A stretch of 64,000 nt of DNA, taken from NCBI RefSeq assembly GCF_030684315.1, contig NC_081374.1, positions 34,508,630 through 34,572,629 of the forward strand, given 5' to 3'. The translations under genes were made by a program, and so were the position numbers. Positions 1 through 13,190 of this stretch are shown here, in pieces (within the stretch, counting starts at the first letter, position 1; every line of letters begins with the position of its first letter). The notes beneath the pieces were generated by a model that worked only from the letters and a program-made list of their open reading frames with translations, was not told the origin of the DNA and made no database searches. The stretch is from Stegostoma tigrinum. Taxonomy: Eukaryota.

Positions 1-149
1 GACTATCATCTCCAACTTGGTTTGTATGTAATCAGGATACCAATCACCTTTTCTATCTACATGGGGAGGTAAGTAATCAGGGAGGTGGTGAATTGAGGCT
101 CTTAAATGGCCATTAACTGACCACTAAAGGGCCTTAACTCCTGGTAAAT

Positions 150-305
150 GGAGATGTGTAAGTTAGGTGGATTAGCCATGGGAAATGCTGGGTTACAGAG
201 ATTGGGTAGAGGAATGGGTCTGGGTAGGATATTCTTTGGAGAGCTGGTGTGGGCTTGTTAGGCCGAATGGCCTGTACCCACACTGTAGAGATTCTATGGA
301 TTTTA
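150..305 (+). mobile_element. 3' part of HE1/V-SINE-like SINE
   Basis: Matches the 3' half of the fuller SINE copies at 26852 and 62815 (gttaggtggattagccatgggaaat...ggccgaatggcctgt...cactgtagagattctatg). Confidence 0.7.
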
Positions 306-810
306 TGAAAGTTGCTCAAGTATATTCTTACCCAGCATCCAATTGCCAAACTCAAGAGAAAACAGCAAGATTTTCCTCCAGGGTTAATTTACCCAGTTTC
401 TTCATCTCCTCATCCCTTCTCCCACTACCTCCAGAGACAGAAAAAATCCGTTCACAATTGTTTTGGCTTACATTGATTTCCTTTTATTTCAAAATACCCT
501 TCAAAGTACTGAATTCTTTGTCTAAGCTTTATAATTTGAAATGCTGTTTACCATTCCTGAGATTCTTAAACATTCACTCCTGCCCTCTGGCTTTGATCAA
601 TCATTCTCACTTTATCTCAGGTTGTTTTCCCTCCAGTTTCATTCCCCCAGTAAGATTCCACCTCTGGGCACCAAATTAACAACCAGAAGGCTCAGCAGAA
701 CAGCAACTCCATGATTAGTTACTTTTATCTATGGTTTATTCATAAGATTTGTTAGCAAATTGTTCTGGTCTGACCTCCATGTGACTCCAATCCCACAACA
801 ATGTGTTTGA

Positions 811-945
811 GACAGAGACAATGGGAACTGCAGATGCTGGAGAATCCAAGACAACAAAATGTGAGGCTGGATGAACACAGCAGGCCAAGCAGCATCTCAG
901 GAGCACAAAAGCTGACGTTTTGGGCCTAGACCCTTCATCAGAGAG
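811..945 (-). mobile_element. ~135-bp PLE-derived monomer (family A) with hammerhead motif, 10-bp TSD
   Basis: Reverse complement matches the 3' end of the PLE at ~20952-21083. ATGTGTTTGA is duplicated at 801-810 and 946-955. The core reads CTGATGA...cccAAAAcgtc (G12>A). It is inserted in an older SINE remnant (~765-1000). Confidence 0.85.
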
Positions 946-1993
946 ATGTGTTTGACTCTGATTGACCCTCTGGGCAATAAGTGCTTGCTGAGCCAGCAAC
1001 ACCCTCTTCGAAGGTAAATGAATTAAAAAATACAATTACTAGTGTCAATCGCATGCTACATTATTAGACAAAACAAAAAAAATGTTACTGGGTAAATTTA
1101 ATTTTGTCAATCACAATGGGATAAATCAAAGACAGTGATAAAGAAAATTGGACTTAAAATAGATGTAAAGCAAATTATTTGGTCCATGTTTGCTTACCAC
1201 TGTTACAGTTCACCCCTGTTTCATTTAAAGCTAATATTGTTTCTTAGCCACATTGAGTGGACACATACTGAGCTGAAAGGAGTGATGGTCATGGAGGAAT
1301 GTAGGCAAATCTGTTACATTATCCCCAGCAATCAATTTCCATTAAGAGAGCTAGATGTGGATCAAACCAAACAGGTATAATATATTCTTAAAATTTAGAA
1401 TTTGGATTTTAGGATGGAAGTAAAATAGGTTTGTGGTTTCAGTTCTGTGGAAGTTACTTTCTAAAAAAAATTGGTCAGCAAGTCATTTGGAACAGATATT
1501 TAACTACATAGTTTTGAAGAAAATGTACGATTTAATTTAAATTCTTCAAATTGGGTACATTAATTCATGAAGTTTTCGAAAGTTGAACTTCTGTGATATA
1601 GAGAGAAAACTAATCAGAAGCAGTAATTTTTTGAATTCAAAGGCATCAGGTTTTGATTCAGAATTGGGTTTCTGCTCAAAAGAGTCAGGAGTTCAGACCA
1701 GAAGAATGGTTTCATATCAGCAGAATAGTAGGTTAATTTGTGGTGTCTGCAAGCTTTGAGATAATGTGTAGAAAATTTCAATCTGTCAGAATCGCGAAGA
1801 GGGTTAGCACATTAGAATCAGAAATAGGATTCTAGATCATCAGGCCTGGAAGGAATTCATTAGCTAAGAAATTAAAGCATTGAAACAGGAGGGGCTGTTC
1901 ATTGCTATTGAATATGTGTAAATTACTGGAAAGTAGTTTGAAACTTTATTTTGCTATTTATGTTAAAACTTTCAAAACTATATTATATGTTAT

Positions 1994-2125
1994 AGTTCTG
2001 AGGAAGGGACACCGGACCCAAAACATTAACTGATTTTTTTCTTCACAGATACTGCCTGACCTGCTGAGCTTTTCTATCAACTTCTGTTTTTGTCCCTGAT
2101 TTACAGCACCCACAGTTCTTTTGCG
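1994..2125 (+). mobile_element. PLE-derived short element (family B) with decayed hammerhead motif
   Basis: agttCTGAGGAagggacaccggacccAAAAcattaact followed by cacagatactgcctgacctgctgagc...acagcacccacagttcttt; homologous to 32528-32662. Confidence 0.75.
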
Positions 2126-2546
2126 TTCTATTTTATGCGTGTATTTTTTGCGTAATGAATGTATTATTTTGTTAAACAACAATGGCAGCCTCATATGAAT
2201 ATGTTTCAGTCACTAAACATTATGGTAACCAACTGAAACAATAAAGTTATGATCTATCAAACCAGATTTCCCACTGGGATTTGACTTGCCCAGTGTTATC
2301 GTCAGCTAGGATCATTACATAAGTTACATGCCGTATTAGAGACCTCCGTACAATAAACAGCCACTGGACCTTTAGCAGCAAAACACAAACATTATTTTCA
2401 CAAGGTGAACTCAGGAGAGGAAATTTGTCTCGGACACCAATAAAATGCTTGCATTTCCTAATCCAATTAAATTGTAAATTAGTCAAGGTTTTGACTCTTC
2501 TAGAAATCAATTCTGGCCCTTTCTTTCTGATGAATGTTTTTCTCCC

Positions 2547-2690
2547 AAAAAGAAGTAAAATACTGCAGATGCCGGCAATCTGACATAAAAGAGGCAATTG
2601 CAGGAGAAACTGTGTAAGCCTGGCACATTCCTTGGAGAGAGAAAAACAGAGTTAATGTTTCAAGTCCAATGACAGTTTTTTTGGAATTTG
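2547..2690 (-). mobile_element. Degenerate family-B-like PLE terminal fragment
   Basis: atactgcagatgc...ggagagagaaaaacagagttaatgtttcaagtcc resembles the reverse complement of the family B copies. Confidence 0.5.
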
Positions 2691-3729
2691 CTAATATTAA
2701 TCCTTACATCTATCAAATTGAATAATCTGTAGCCAGTACTCGAGATTAAATTTTATTGCACTGTGTCATTCTAACATTTCTTTCAAGTTGTTTCCTTTCA
2801 AGGCTAAAAAGCCATTTCTTCTGCCTTCCTTCACAACTCAAACATTATTGCTAATTTTTAGCCTTGTAAGTCCCACCCTCAATGCCCTGAGTTTCTGAAT
2901 GATCCTCCTGTGCCTAAAAATTAAATCTGGTCTTTTGTTGTTGTCTAAGCAGAATCGTCCCCTACTAACAATCACTAATATTCACTATTCTGGGCAATTT
3001 AGTACAATTTGGTAAATTTGCATTCATTTAATTACCAGATGAAAAATAAATCATTAAACATATATGTAGTGAGTTAATCTTCCCACACCTTCTAAATGTT
3101 CATGTGTCCCTATAATCTTAATACTACAAAGTACTGAAAGGCGATATTGCTGGGTCTCTGAAAATTATATAACTTTGTACCAATTCTCTAATGCTTTGCT
3201 CCATTTTCTGTTTTAAAATTGTTACGGATTTTGCTTTCACTGCTTTTGACAGGACATTCAGCATCAGAATAATTTCCTGCGTATATGAAATTTCTTGACC
3301 TCTTGTGTTTGGTAATTACTACAAATTAATACGCTTTACTAACTGACTTAGCAATCAATGGATTTCTTTTATGATGTGGTTTTTCAAGACCCTTATCATT
3401 TGAAACAAATAAGCATCTTCATTACAATGAAAATAGCCCAATTTATCTCATCTTGCCTCATAATTAAAAGTTTTCACCCTTACTATATCTTAATGAATCT
3501 CTTCTGTACACTCTCCATGATATTAAGGTTGATACAACATTCTGTTCACTGTTATTTAAGCTATGCCAATCCATGCTGCCAGATACCCTGCAATTTCATC
3601 TGGTTAAGGTCACAGGCACTTTTACCAACAACCTTTAAAAATTTATTCACAATATCCAAATGCTTCGTACAAAAAGTCAATTGTATAATTAATTGCATTT
3701 TCAGAAAGCGAAGTTGTCATTAGATTTGT

Positions 3730-4580
3730 TTTATTTATTCAAGGGTATGTGACATTGCTGGCTAGTCCAGCCTTTATTGTATATCTCTTATTGCCCTGGA
3801 GGAGGTGGTAGTGAACAGTCTTCTTCAACCGCTTCAGTCCTTGGGGTCCACATACTCGTCATTTCCATTTCTTTCGTAATATTTCCATGCATCTGCTGCC
3901 TTTGTCCTCCTCGGTGTGTGTGCGCTCATAAATTTGAAAAGCATTGTCAAAGGAGATTTTCAGAATTGCTCAAGCGAGTTGCACTTTGTAGATGCTACAG
4001 CTACTGCCACTGTCAGCGGTTAAGGGATTGCATCGTCAAGGTAGTGGATATGGTGCTAATAAAGCTGGATTCTGTGTCTAGGATGGCATTGCTGGAGCTG
4101 CACTCATCCAAGCTGGTGGGAAGCATTCCATCACATTCCTGGCTTGTGGCTTGTAAGTGGTGGAGAGGCCTTGGGGAGTCAGGAGGTGAATTACTCACCA
4201 CAGACTTCACAACATCTGATCCATTCTTTCAGACAAGTGGTGTATATGGCTAGCCAACTTCCGTTTCTCATCAATAGTAAGCCCCAGGGTATTTATAACA
4301 GGGTACTCGGTGATGATGATAACTGAATGTCAAAGGGCAGTGTTTAGATTCATGCTTGTTGAGCTAGTCATTGCCTTGTACTTGCATGGTACAAATGTCA
4401 TTTGCTATTGGTCAGCTCAAACCTGGATTTTTTTGGGCCTTGCTCTATTTAGACATCGACTGCTTCAGTATCTGAGGAAGGGTGACTAACGTTGTGCAGT
4501 CATGAGCAGACAATCCCACTTCTGACCTTCTAATGGAGGAAACATCATTGATGAAGCAGCTGAAGGTGTTTGCGTTTTGG
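3730..4580 (-). mobile_element. Degenerate non-LTR retrotransposon (CR1/L2-group) 3' fragment
   Basis: Homologous to 40100-41310 and 33170-33540. Its 3' tail (gggcaataag...caataaa.gctgg.ctagccagcaa) is shared with the SINE at 22350-22705. Confidence 0.55.
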
Positions 4581-4659
4581 AACTACATTTAGCGTTTTTT
4601 TTGTCATGAATTTTAGTCATTGGACATATCTAGGAAGCTTTCTACATTCTTGGATCAAT

Positions 4660-4880
4660 TTTTAAATAAAATTGTTCATGAGATGTAGGCATCGATGGTT
4701 AGAAAAGCATTTATTACCCAATTGCCCAAAGGGTAGTTAAGAGTGAATTACATGGGTCTATACTCATGACTGATATGTAGGTCAGATCAGGTAAGGATGG
4801 CAGATTTTCTTCCCTAAAGGCAACGAGTCAACCAGATTTTTTTTTGACAGTCAATAATGGTTACACAATCACTAATAGGA
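4660..4880 (-). mobile_element. tRNA-derived SINE fragment, same family as 22350-22705
   Basis: tgtaggtcagatcaggtaaggatggcagattttcttccctaaagg matches 22463-22506. Confidence 0.65.
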
Positions 4881-7164
4881 TTTTGTGGGTGTCCCATTGT
4901 TTCCTTGGGACTGGAAAGATCTGGGTCTACAGAACAGATGCAAAATCAAAGTCAAATTCTTACATTGAAAAAGTAAAACCATACAATATGAGTTGGAGGT
5001 GGGCAAACTAAGCACTTATCTGTTCAAAGTGCATTTTGATCACTATGCCTCTTTCTCCTTACCAAGGCAGAAGGGAGGCTGAGTTATTTGGGAGAGATTG
5101 GACAAACTGAAACATTTATGAAGGAATTTCTGACATCATCTTAAAGAATTATCTCAGTAAATGCAATGGAAAAGATCATCTTAGAATTTTATTTTAAAAA
5201 CAATTCTAAGGTGATGAAGGGGTATTGGTTTAAACTAGTAAAAAGCAAGTTTATGATTGATGTCAGTAATTGCTTTGTTTTGCAAATAGATTTGTGGAGG
5301 TGATAACTGGATTCTGAGAGAAACGATCTTTCAGGGCTACTCTCCATGGGTATCTTAGAATGAGCTAAATGGGTTCACTGAATGTAATTGGCATGTGATT
5401 GACTGAATCATTGTATCAGTAACTCACAAAACCTTTTCTTATTTTGTTAAAACCTGAGGAATCAACTGTGTAAACTACTGCTCCCAAATAAGGAGTATGA
5501 AGTGAAACAGAATCTGTTGTAAAATTTATAGCCAGTCAGCTATGATCTGAACAGGAAAAGCAGGTTGACATTCTTATCTTGAATTTCCAGAGGTTATTGT
5601 TTTTATGCGTTTTATGTCCATATTTATGCCAATTGAGAAACCATATGTTTCAGTGGTTCCCTAGTCATTTGTTACAGGGAATAACTTTATAACTAAATCA
5701 TTGCACAATGCAGTTAGTCTGATAATCCTGCAGATATTACTCCGTTCACAACTATTTAGACTAATGACATCTTCTTGCTGGAATGAATTGATAAAGGCAA
5801 AGATTAAACAGATTGTCTGGTCATACTCAGTGTTTGACTTCTATCTCGGAAAGTTGTCTAGTTGGGGTCTGAAACATAATTAGAAATCAAAGTGTCCACA
5901 AGTAAAAGCCAGGCAGTACTCTATGTAAGGGGGAATAAGCTCATAGTTATTGCAAATAACTATTAGAAGGGATATAACAGTTTTAGTATCAGTCGCATTA
6001 ACATATGCTTCCAACACAAATTGAACTGACTTTTTTCAACTGACATTGCCAATTCTGGGCAGTTCTGTACGGGATGGAATCAATTGTTAGGAGGTGGAAA
6101 TGGGAGGTGGGAAACAGAGATCAGAGATAATGTGTTCTCAACAGCACATACACAACTCCACAGATACACATACATCTACAAAATAAAAGATTGTTTTTTA
6201 CAAAAATTCAAAAATTCCAAGGCCACAAGAAATTTTGAAACATTGCAGGCTTATGATTCCTTTTTACTCCACTGAAGAAGTAGATTTTGGAGGTTGATGA
6301 AGATGGATTCACAGTAACTTATTGCATTCAATGGTGGGTTTCTCTGGTCTTATTCTAGTCAAGGTGCATGCAATGAAAAGATAGATAGAGGCTAACCCAT
6401 ATTTCCATGTGTCCTGGTGGATTTTATGCAGGACTCCTTGCCATTCTGGAATGTTTCCTCAATCACTCTGTGTAATGCTCCCAAAAATGATTAAGTGTTC
6501 TCTATCAAAAACCTAGTTCCTGTCACCTCGGTTTTCCACCATCTTCACAAATGATTTCTGATGACTTGGCATTGACATACAGTGTGTGCAACTTCTATCC
6601 ACAATGTGGTGATAGAATACTTTTTTTGATAGAGATTTTTTTTTCCACACCCATTCTTTGGAATTCCTGTCTGAAGCCAGGAATGTGCAAGTCCATCATA
6701 AATTAATTTCTGTAGCTATTTGGATAATGGCAGCAATTAATTCACAGGAAAGGTTTGTTGCATTTTATTGCCTTCTGAGTGAAATATCCAAATATGCAGG
6801 CTATGTCAAGGGTCTTCTGTAGTTCCATCCATATTGTCAGAAAGGAAAGAAAAGGTCACCTTAACACTCAGCCCCATATTGTTTCAAATGCAATATGAAA
6901 CATCCTTCATTTTGTTTTAAGTAAAATGTCTATTTTCATTAAATTTATGGGCCCATACCACGTCAGTATAGCACTGTTTATAATGGAGTATGCCTATCTA
7001 GAGTAGATACATTGTGATTATATCCTCCTCTTTCAAATGGCTTTGCCTCCTGTTGAGGGCAGGTACAGTTCTTTACATCAAAATTTTTAAATTATGAATG
7101 TGGAAAGAGAAAATCAAAATGGGAGAAAAAGTTTCATGTCCACCCACCTGCAGAATGTTTACTA

Positions 7165-7740
7165 TAGAATCACAGAGCTGTACAGCATGGAAACAGACCT
7201 TTCAGTCCAATTCACCCATGCCAACCAGATATCCTAAATTAATCTCCTCCCATTTGGCCCATGTCCCTCTAAACTTTTCCTGTTCATATACCCATCCAGA
7301 TGCCTTTTAAGTATTGTTATTGTACCAGCCTCCACCATTTCCTCTGGCAGCTCATTCCATGCATGCACCAACCTCTGCATGAAAAAGTTTCCCCTTAGGT
7401 CCCTTCTAAATCTTTCTCCTCTCATCTTCAAACTATGCCCTCTGTTTTGGACTCCCCCAGTCCCAGAAAAGACTTTGGCCATTCATCTTATCCATGCCCC
7501 TCAAGATTTTATAAACCTCAAAAAGATCACTCCTCAGCCTTCGACCCACCAGGGAAAATAGCCCCAGCCAATTGAGCCTCTCTCTAAGGCTCAAGCCTGG
7601 CAAAATTCTTGCAAATCTTTTCTGAACCCTTTCAAGTTTCACAGCATCCTTCCATATAGCAAGGAGAGCAGAATTGCACATAGTATTCCAAAAGTAGCCA
7701 AACCAATGTCCTGTACAACTGTGACATGACTCCCAACTCA
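7165..7740 (-). mobile_element. CR1 LINE 3' fragment (ORF2 C-terminus + 3' UTR)
   Basis: Minus-strand ORFs contain LERVQKRFARILPGL, RRLRSDLFEVYKILRG and RGHSLK...RGNFFMQRLVHAWNELPEEMVEA, typical of the CR1 ORF2 C-terminus. Confidence 0.9.
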
Positions 7741-8829
7741 TATATTACATTATAGACAGAAAAGGTCCTTCACCTCCATTTATTTATAACGTACTCAGCC
7801 GGACGGAACATTAAGGCATACATTCTAACATTTTCATATATTTTGTTTGAGCTTTCCATGACCTCAAACCTTGGCCAGAATCACCTCTTTGGTTCTTTAA
7901 AACAATTTTCTACATGACAGTGGAATAGCTGCTTTGATAGAAAAGCACATCACTCTTTGATGCCTGGTTTCCATCACAGACAGATGCATTGAAAGTTTTA
8001 TTTTTCTTGGCACTTACTAAAATTTTAATTAAAATTAATTATGTCAGTTTTGATTCAGCTCAGTTGTTGTGAGCTCACAACATGAACTGCTCTTGATTTG
8101 GCACTGATTGCAATTAAATTAGTTTCACTCTAAAAGATACACAAAGATGAATTGGAAGGAGTTGGAATTATGCACCAGTGCAGCATGCATGGTCTCTTCA
8201 AGTTATTGATTAAGCCTTCAAAGGAAGTTTTAATCTGAATCTAAGTAGTTAAAAGCTGATCTCAAGTTTTTGGTCATGTCTGTGGTAGCAACGAAACAGT
8301 AAATAAACTGCTTTAATTGTCAACATGGATATCTTTCACTACAATGAAGAAATAGTTATTTTCTTTTAATTTTACTAGAAGAAGTTTGCACTGATTTTAT
8401 ATGCAGTTTCAGTCATCTGCTTCCACAGGGCTGATAACAGCAGCAGAAAGGAATAAAGTCGCTAAAGTGAGGATATGCAAGTGGAGTTTAAATGAGGACC
8501 ACAGTTATGAGACTTAAATTCTTAATGTCAGATTGCACTAAGTTTCAACATTTCTTCTGTTACCACTAGGTGAGAACTAGCTCTTCTCTTTTCAAACTCT
8601 ACAGTTGATGACAACAAACGTTTACCTCTCTCCAACAAAAACGCATCTTTTTTTTCCCATAAGCAATTAGAAGTCAGTCACAAGCTTATCTCGAGTTAAG
8701 CAGAAAGCAAATTTATTGCCCACTAATCCCAAGCAAAATAATAAATGCTTCAAGCATTCAGCTTTTATGCATTCATTTGGGCTCTCAAACATCCACACCT
8801 GCAAATTAACACAGGTGCAAGGTAAGGAG

Positions 8830-9000
8830 GAGTCAGAGTTAATATTTTGGGCCCAGTGACTCTTCCTCAGACCCTTCCTAATCACTGAACTGAAATGTTA
8901 ACTCTGATTTCTCTTCACAGATACTGCCAGGCCTGACAAACTTTTCTAGCTTTTTTTGTTTTTGTTCCTGATTTCCAGCATCCACAGGTCTTTTGGTTTC
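8830..9000. mobile_element. Partial fold-back family-B PLE element
   Basis: cagagttaatattttgggcccagtgactcttcctcagac (minus-strand decayed hammerhead) followed by + strand gaaatgttaactctgatttctcttcacagat...ccagcatccacagg. Confidence 0.65.
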
Positions 9001-9047
9001 TATAAGTTAAAGAGGATTGTATCCAGTACAAAGGAAGATACAATACT

Positions 9048-9300
9048 TCAGTCTGTGTGGTTTTCCTCCAGGTGCTCAGGTTTCATCCCACAGTCCAAAG
9101 ATGTGCAAGTTGCATGGATTGGCCAAGCTAAATTACCTGTAGTACTCAGGGATGTGTAGGTTCGGTGCTTTAGCCAGGAAAAATGCAGGCTTACAGGAAT
9201 ATGGAAGGAGTTTGGGTCTGGGTGGGATGCTCTTTGGAGAGCCAGTGTGGACCAATTTGGCCAAATGGCCTGTTTCCACTCTATAAGGGTTCTAAGGATT
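9048..9300 (+). mobile_element. 5'-truncated HE1/V-SINE-like SINE
   Basis: gtctgtgtggttttcctccaggtgctcaggtttcatcccacagtccaaagatgtgca (V-SINE central domain) plus a CR1-like tail. Confidence 0.8.
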
Positions 9301-10079
9301 ACAAGACTATGCAGTTCAAAGCCGTTTGGGTATGTCCTTGAGAAATAAGTTAAGAGCAGGGTCATATAGTTGGTTCTGTGGATGCAATCAGCAGTCATTA
9401 ATTTTACAGTTATTTTTTAAAGTTCTCTGTCTATTGGCTCTTCTCTGCTTGAGTCTGAGGGAAGCAGGCCAGTTTCTTTTAGAGAGAAAGATGGACAATA
9501 ATAGTGACAGCATCTTTCTGCTTAGGAGCCTTCAAAGGTTTACAGAATCTCCTTTGAAATACTGATTCCAGTATGTATTTTCAACAGGTCCTTTCAGCCA
9601 GATTTGTTTGTAACAGCTTTGCTGTCATTGTCCAGTATTTTGCATTTGTTAATGTCTTCCTAACACTGTAATAGGTTTTGATAGGCTTGGATTGTAGGCG
9701 TTGCCTCTTATTGCACTCTACTTCATGGTCCTGGGCTACTCATTTGTTCTCGTTCCATCACTTTCATATTTTTTTAAACAACTTTTTTTAAACTTGTCTC
9801 TATTTAATTTGCGACCATATCAATCCAATGATATGTTAAAAAATAAAAGGATACAGTCTTGAGACATAATGACGTGTTATTTTTCTCATACAAAAGAATG
9901 CTATAATTTAATCAATTTAGTGAAACTGTCCCTTTGCATATAAACAAACATCTTCTGTGCCTTGTTGAACTGGCCATGCCACTGAGATGCAGGAAGCCAT
10001 TCAATTATGGGGAACAAGAAAGCAAATTGTGGTTGTAGAGGATAATATTGTGAGAGTCATAAACAAATCTCACTGCAGC

Positions 10080-10985
10080 TGACAGTGAGCCTGGAAGGTT
10101 ATGTTGCCTGTCCATTGTCAGAGCTCAGGACATCTGGTCTGGGCTGGAAAAGAATGTTCAGAATGAGGAATGCATCCAGTTGCCATTGCCCACATGGGTA
10201 CTGATAAAATAGATAAGTTCAGGAAAGAGGTCAAAAAATTATTATGTGACCTACAATTAGCGTAGGGTAACTAATTAGAGAACTGAAGGCTCAAATACAG
10301 GTTTAGAAAAAAATACTGTGGATTTATTCCCTGGCTAACCAGTACCAATGCTTGTAAAAGTGAAAACTGTAGCACTGGGAGGAGTTCCAACAGTTTTCTG
10401 TTGCGTCATATAACTAGGGCAGCAGGGAAGACTTCAGGTTAAGTTGAGAGGGAAGGAATCATGTGAGAGGAAACATGATAAGGTTTTGGAGCATGGTAGT
10501 GATTTGAATAGCGATAACAAGGGAGTAGCAGCAAGAAATAGAGCAAAAACTGCAGAGTGCACCAAGATATAAGGCCAGAAATTGTGAAAATGGAGTTATC
10601 TGATATCTGATTGCACATAGCATTCATGGCAAAATAGCCAAATGACCAGCACACGGATTAAAATAAACATATATGACCTCTTACATATTGCAGAGATATG
10701 GTTCCAGGGAACCAATGCTAAGAATTGCATTAGTGCGGTTGTGTTTTTAGACTGTGGAATTCTCTTCCCTGGAGGGCAGTGGAGGCTGGGTCACTGCATT
10801 GATACAGGACAATGTCAGATTTGTGATCGACAATGGAGTCGTTATGGGGTGTTATGGGTTATGGGGGGGTGGGCTGCAGACAAGGATATGAAATTGATAC
10901 CACACCCAGATCAAGTATAACATTATTGATTGGTTGAGTAGAAATGAATGGCTTACTCCTGGTCTTAAATCCTATGTTCCTATGT
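10080..10985 (+). mobile_element. Old, internally deleted CR1 (ORF1 esterase remnant, endonuclease start, 3' end)
   Basis: 10100-10230 resembles the CR1 ORF1 SGNH esterase (CLP..R.QDI...HMGTDKI). 10610-10710 resembles the endonuclease N-terminus (YDLLHIAEIWFQ, cf. YD..AITETWL). 10750-10985 resembles a CR1 3' end. Confidence 0.6.
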
Positions 10986-12899
10986 GTCAAAGCCTACTAT
11001 AGTATTTCTTACATTCATTGAATTGAATGGTATCTGGGCAAGCCCTATGCATTAAAAATTAATAACATGCAAAAATGATGCAGTGTCTGCCTACTATGCT
11101 GGTGATTATTTCTACAGACGTATCTTTTCCAAGAAGTGCAAATCACTTATGGGAGATCATTTGCATACATGAATTAGGAGAAGCACTTTGCTATTCGGCA
11201 CCTTGAGCCTGCTATACCATTTACAAAGATCATGGCTGAATGACTTGTGGCCTCAATCTACAACAATATTTTATAGAAGGTGTTGGCTTGTATTGCTAGA
11301 ATTGATACCTGTAGTTTAGCAATACATCTTTCCATTCAAACATTATCTTCTCCATTATTGCATCATTCATGAAAAGATTTTCTGCACTTAACAGAAATCC
11401 CCAGAGGTCACATGCTGTTTTAGTGACCCTCAGTCACTCAGAGATCACGAAGTATTTACAATAAGGAAGCAAGCAACAGTACCTTGTGCAATTGGGTCAT
11501 CTACAGTGTTATATTGAAATCTCTAGTCACTGACAAGATAATGGTTCCTTAAGGCAAGTTGGTGAAGAATTAATTGTCGCGAAGGAAGCATATTGACAAA
11601 CACAGTTTATATACAGAACTTAATGAGCACGCAGACATGTTGAGAATCTGCAGCTCTAACACATGTCAAAGAAGTAGGAGTGTCCTGCCAATGATATTGG
11701 CATGTACTGAGAAAATGAATCCTGGTTCTAATCAATGATAAAAATCCAGCTGGGTCTTGACCAGTCAGTACATTCTTTATGGTCATCAAGTACGTGTATA
11801 ATACCATCTGACATTTTAGAACATGTTTTCTTTGTTCATCTAGAATAACTCTGTCGGATGTGACACAAGCGTTTATTTGGCATTAATGAAAATTAGATTG
11901 TCATACTTCCAGGCTCTACCTGTTGCTCAGAGATTCACTGTAGACTGTCACAGAATATGAGTGGATCTGAGAGACACATTACAAATCTAGAATGGTTTTT
12001 AATTTACTGAAGTGTAGGCTGAATTTTAAGACAGTAACACTGTTGTTTAATAGTGTTAACGTCATTCTAATTACTGGTGGCAGCAGCATTTGAATGCAAA
12101 AATAGCACAGCATTTTAAACACTCAACACAAAGTTCTTATGGCATTTTGATTTCATTGCTCAAAGATAAAAGAAATAGATTTCAATGGAGCTAATGCTTT
12201 ATGCCAGTTAACTTTGCTTGTTTTAATGGCAGAGAAAAAAGTAGCTCTCATTGTTCTACACCTTCAATTATTTAGAACTGGCATCCATAAGCATGATGGA
12301 GTAAGGAGTAAATGACTCAGGATTTTGAATTCCCCTTTTCCTGTTGGCTGAGGTACCACAGATCACATGGCTTGTCCTTTAATGCTTCATTTCTACACAA
12401 AGGATGGAAAATAGAACATTGTTCAACTGTTATATTCAAAGTATACTAATTGTTGGATACTGGTTTATTACACAGAAGTGAAAATTTGAAAGCGAAACTA
12501 TCAATATAATACTCAATGTGACCTCCAATTTGTTTTAAAACAATGAGGAGCGCAGAATTGTTATCACATTTATTTTACTACTTTAGAGTTAAGCTGCTCT
12601 CAGAAAGTTAAGTGGACACTTACAAAGCCTTTCTAACTGGAAGATAGAAATGTGACCACAAGAACTTGCAGATGTAAGGAAACAAATATTTTTAAATGCA
12701 AATCCTTTGAATCTCCATTTCAATATCCAAGATCAAAGACTTTATCCCAAAAAGTCATGCAATTGGAATACTAATTGTTTTCACTGTTCAGCTAGATAAA
12801 ACATGAACCTGCAATGCTTCACATTCTAAATTATTCTATAAACCCTACATGAGTTCAGAAGTTTGCAAATATTAACACTGTAAACAATAACCTAAAAAA

Positions 12900-13190
12900 C
12901 GTAGCACACAAATTGCATATAGCAAGTTCTTAGAGGCAGCAATCTGAATATGATTAAATAATCTATTTTAGTAATGCTGATTGAGGGATAAATATTCATC
13001 AAGCTACCTGAGATAACTCCCCTGCTCATTCAATAGGGCGTCATAGGATTTTTTTATCCATCTGGCAGGAACTCTTCCAAAATACAACTTCACTGATAGA
13101 GTGTAACACATTCCTAGTGCTACACTGCTGCATTAGCCTTGATATTTATGCTTAGGCCCTGGAATGCAAATGAAGCTAGAACTACCTGTA
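12900..13190 (-). mobile_element. DeuSINE (AmnSINE/SacSINE-like) remnant
   Basis: Reverse complement contains gagcaggggagttatctcaggt...aatatttatccctcaatcagcat, matching the Deu-domain consensus as I recall it. Confidence 0.65.

Noticed and set aside
185-679. 164-aa + strand ORF
   Set aside because: It begins inside a SINE and continues into low-complexity AT-rich sequence; no domain features.
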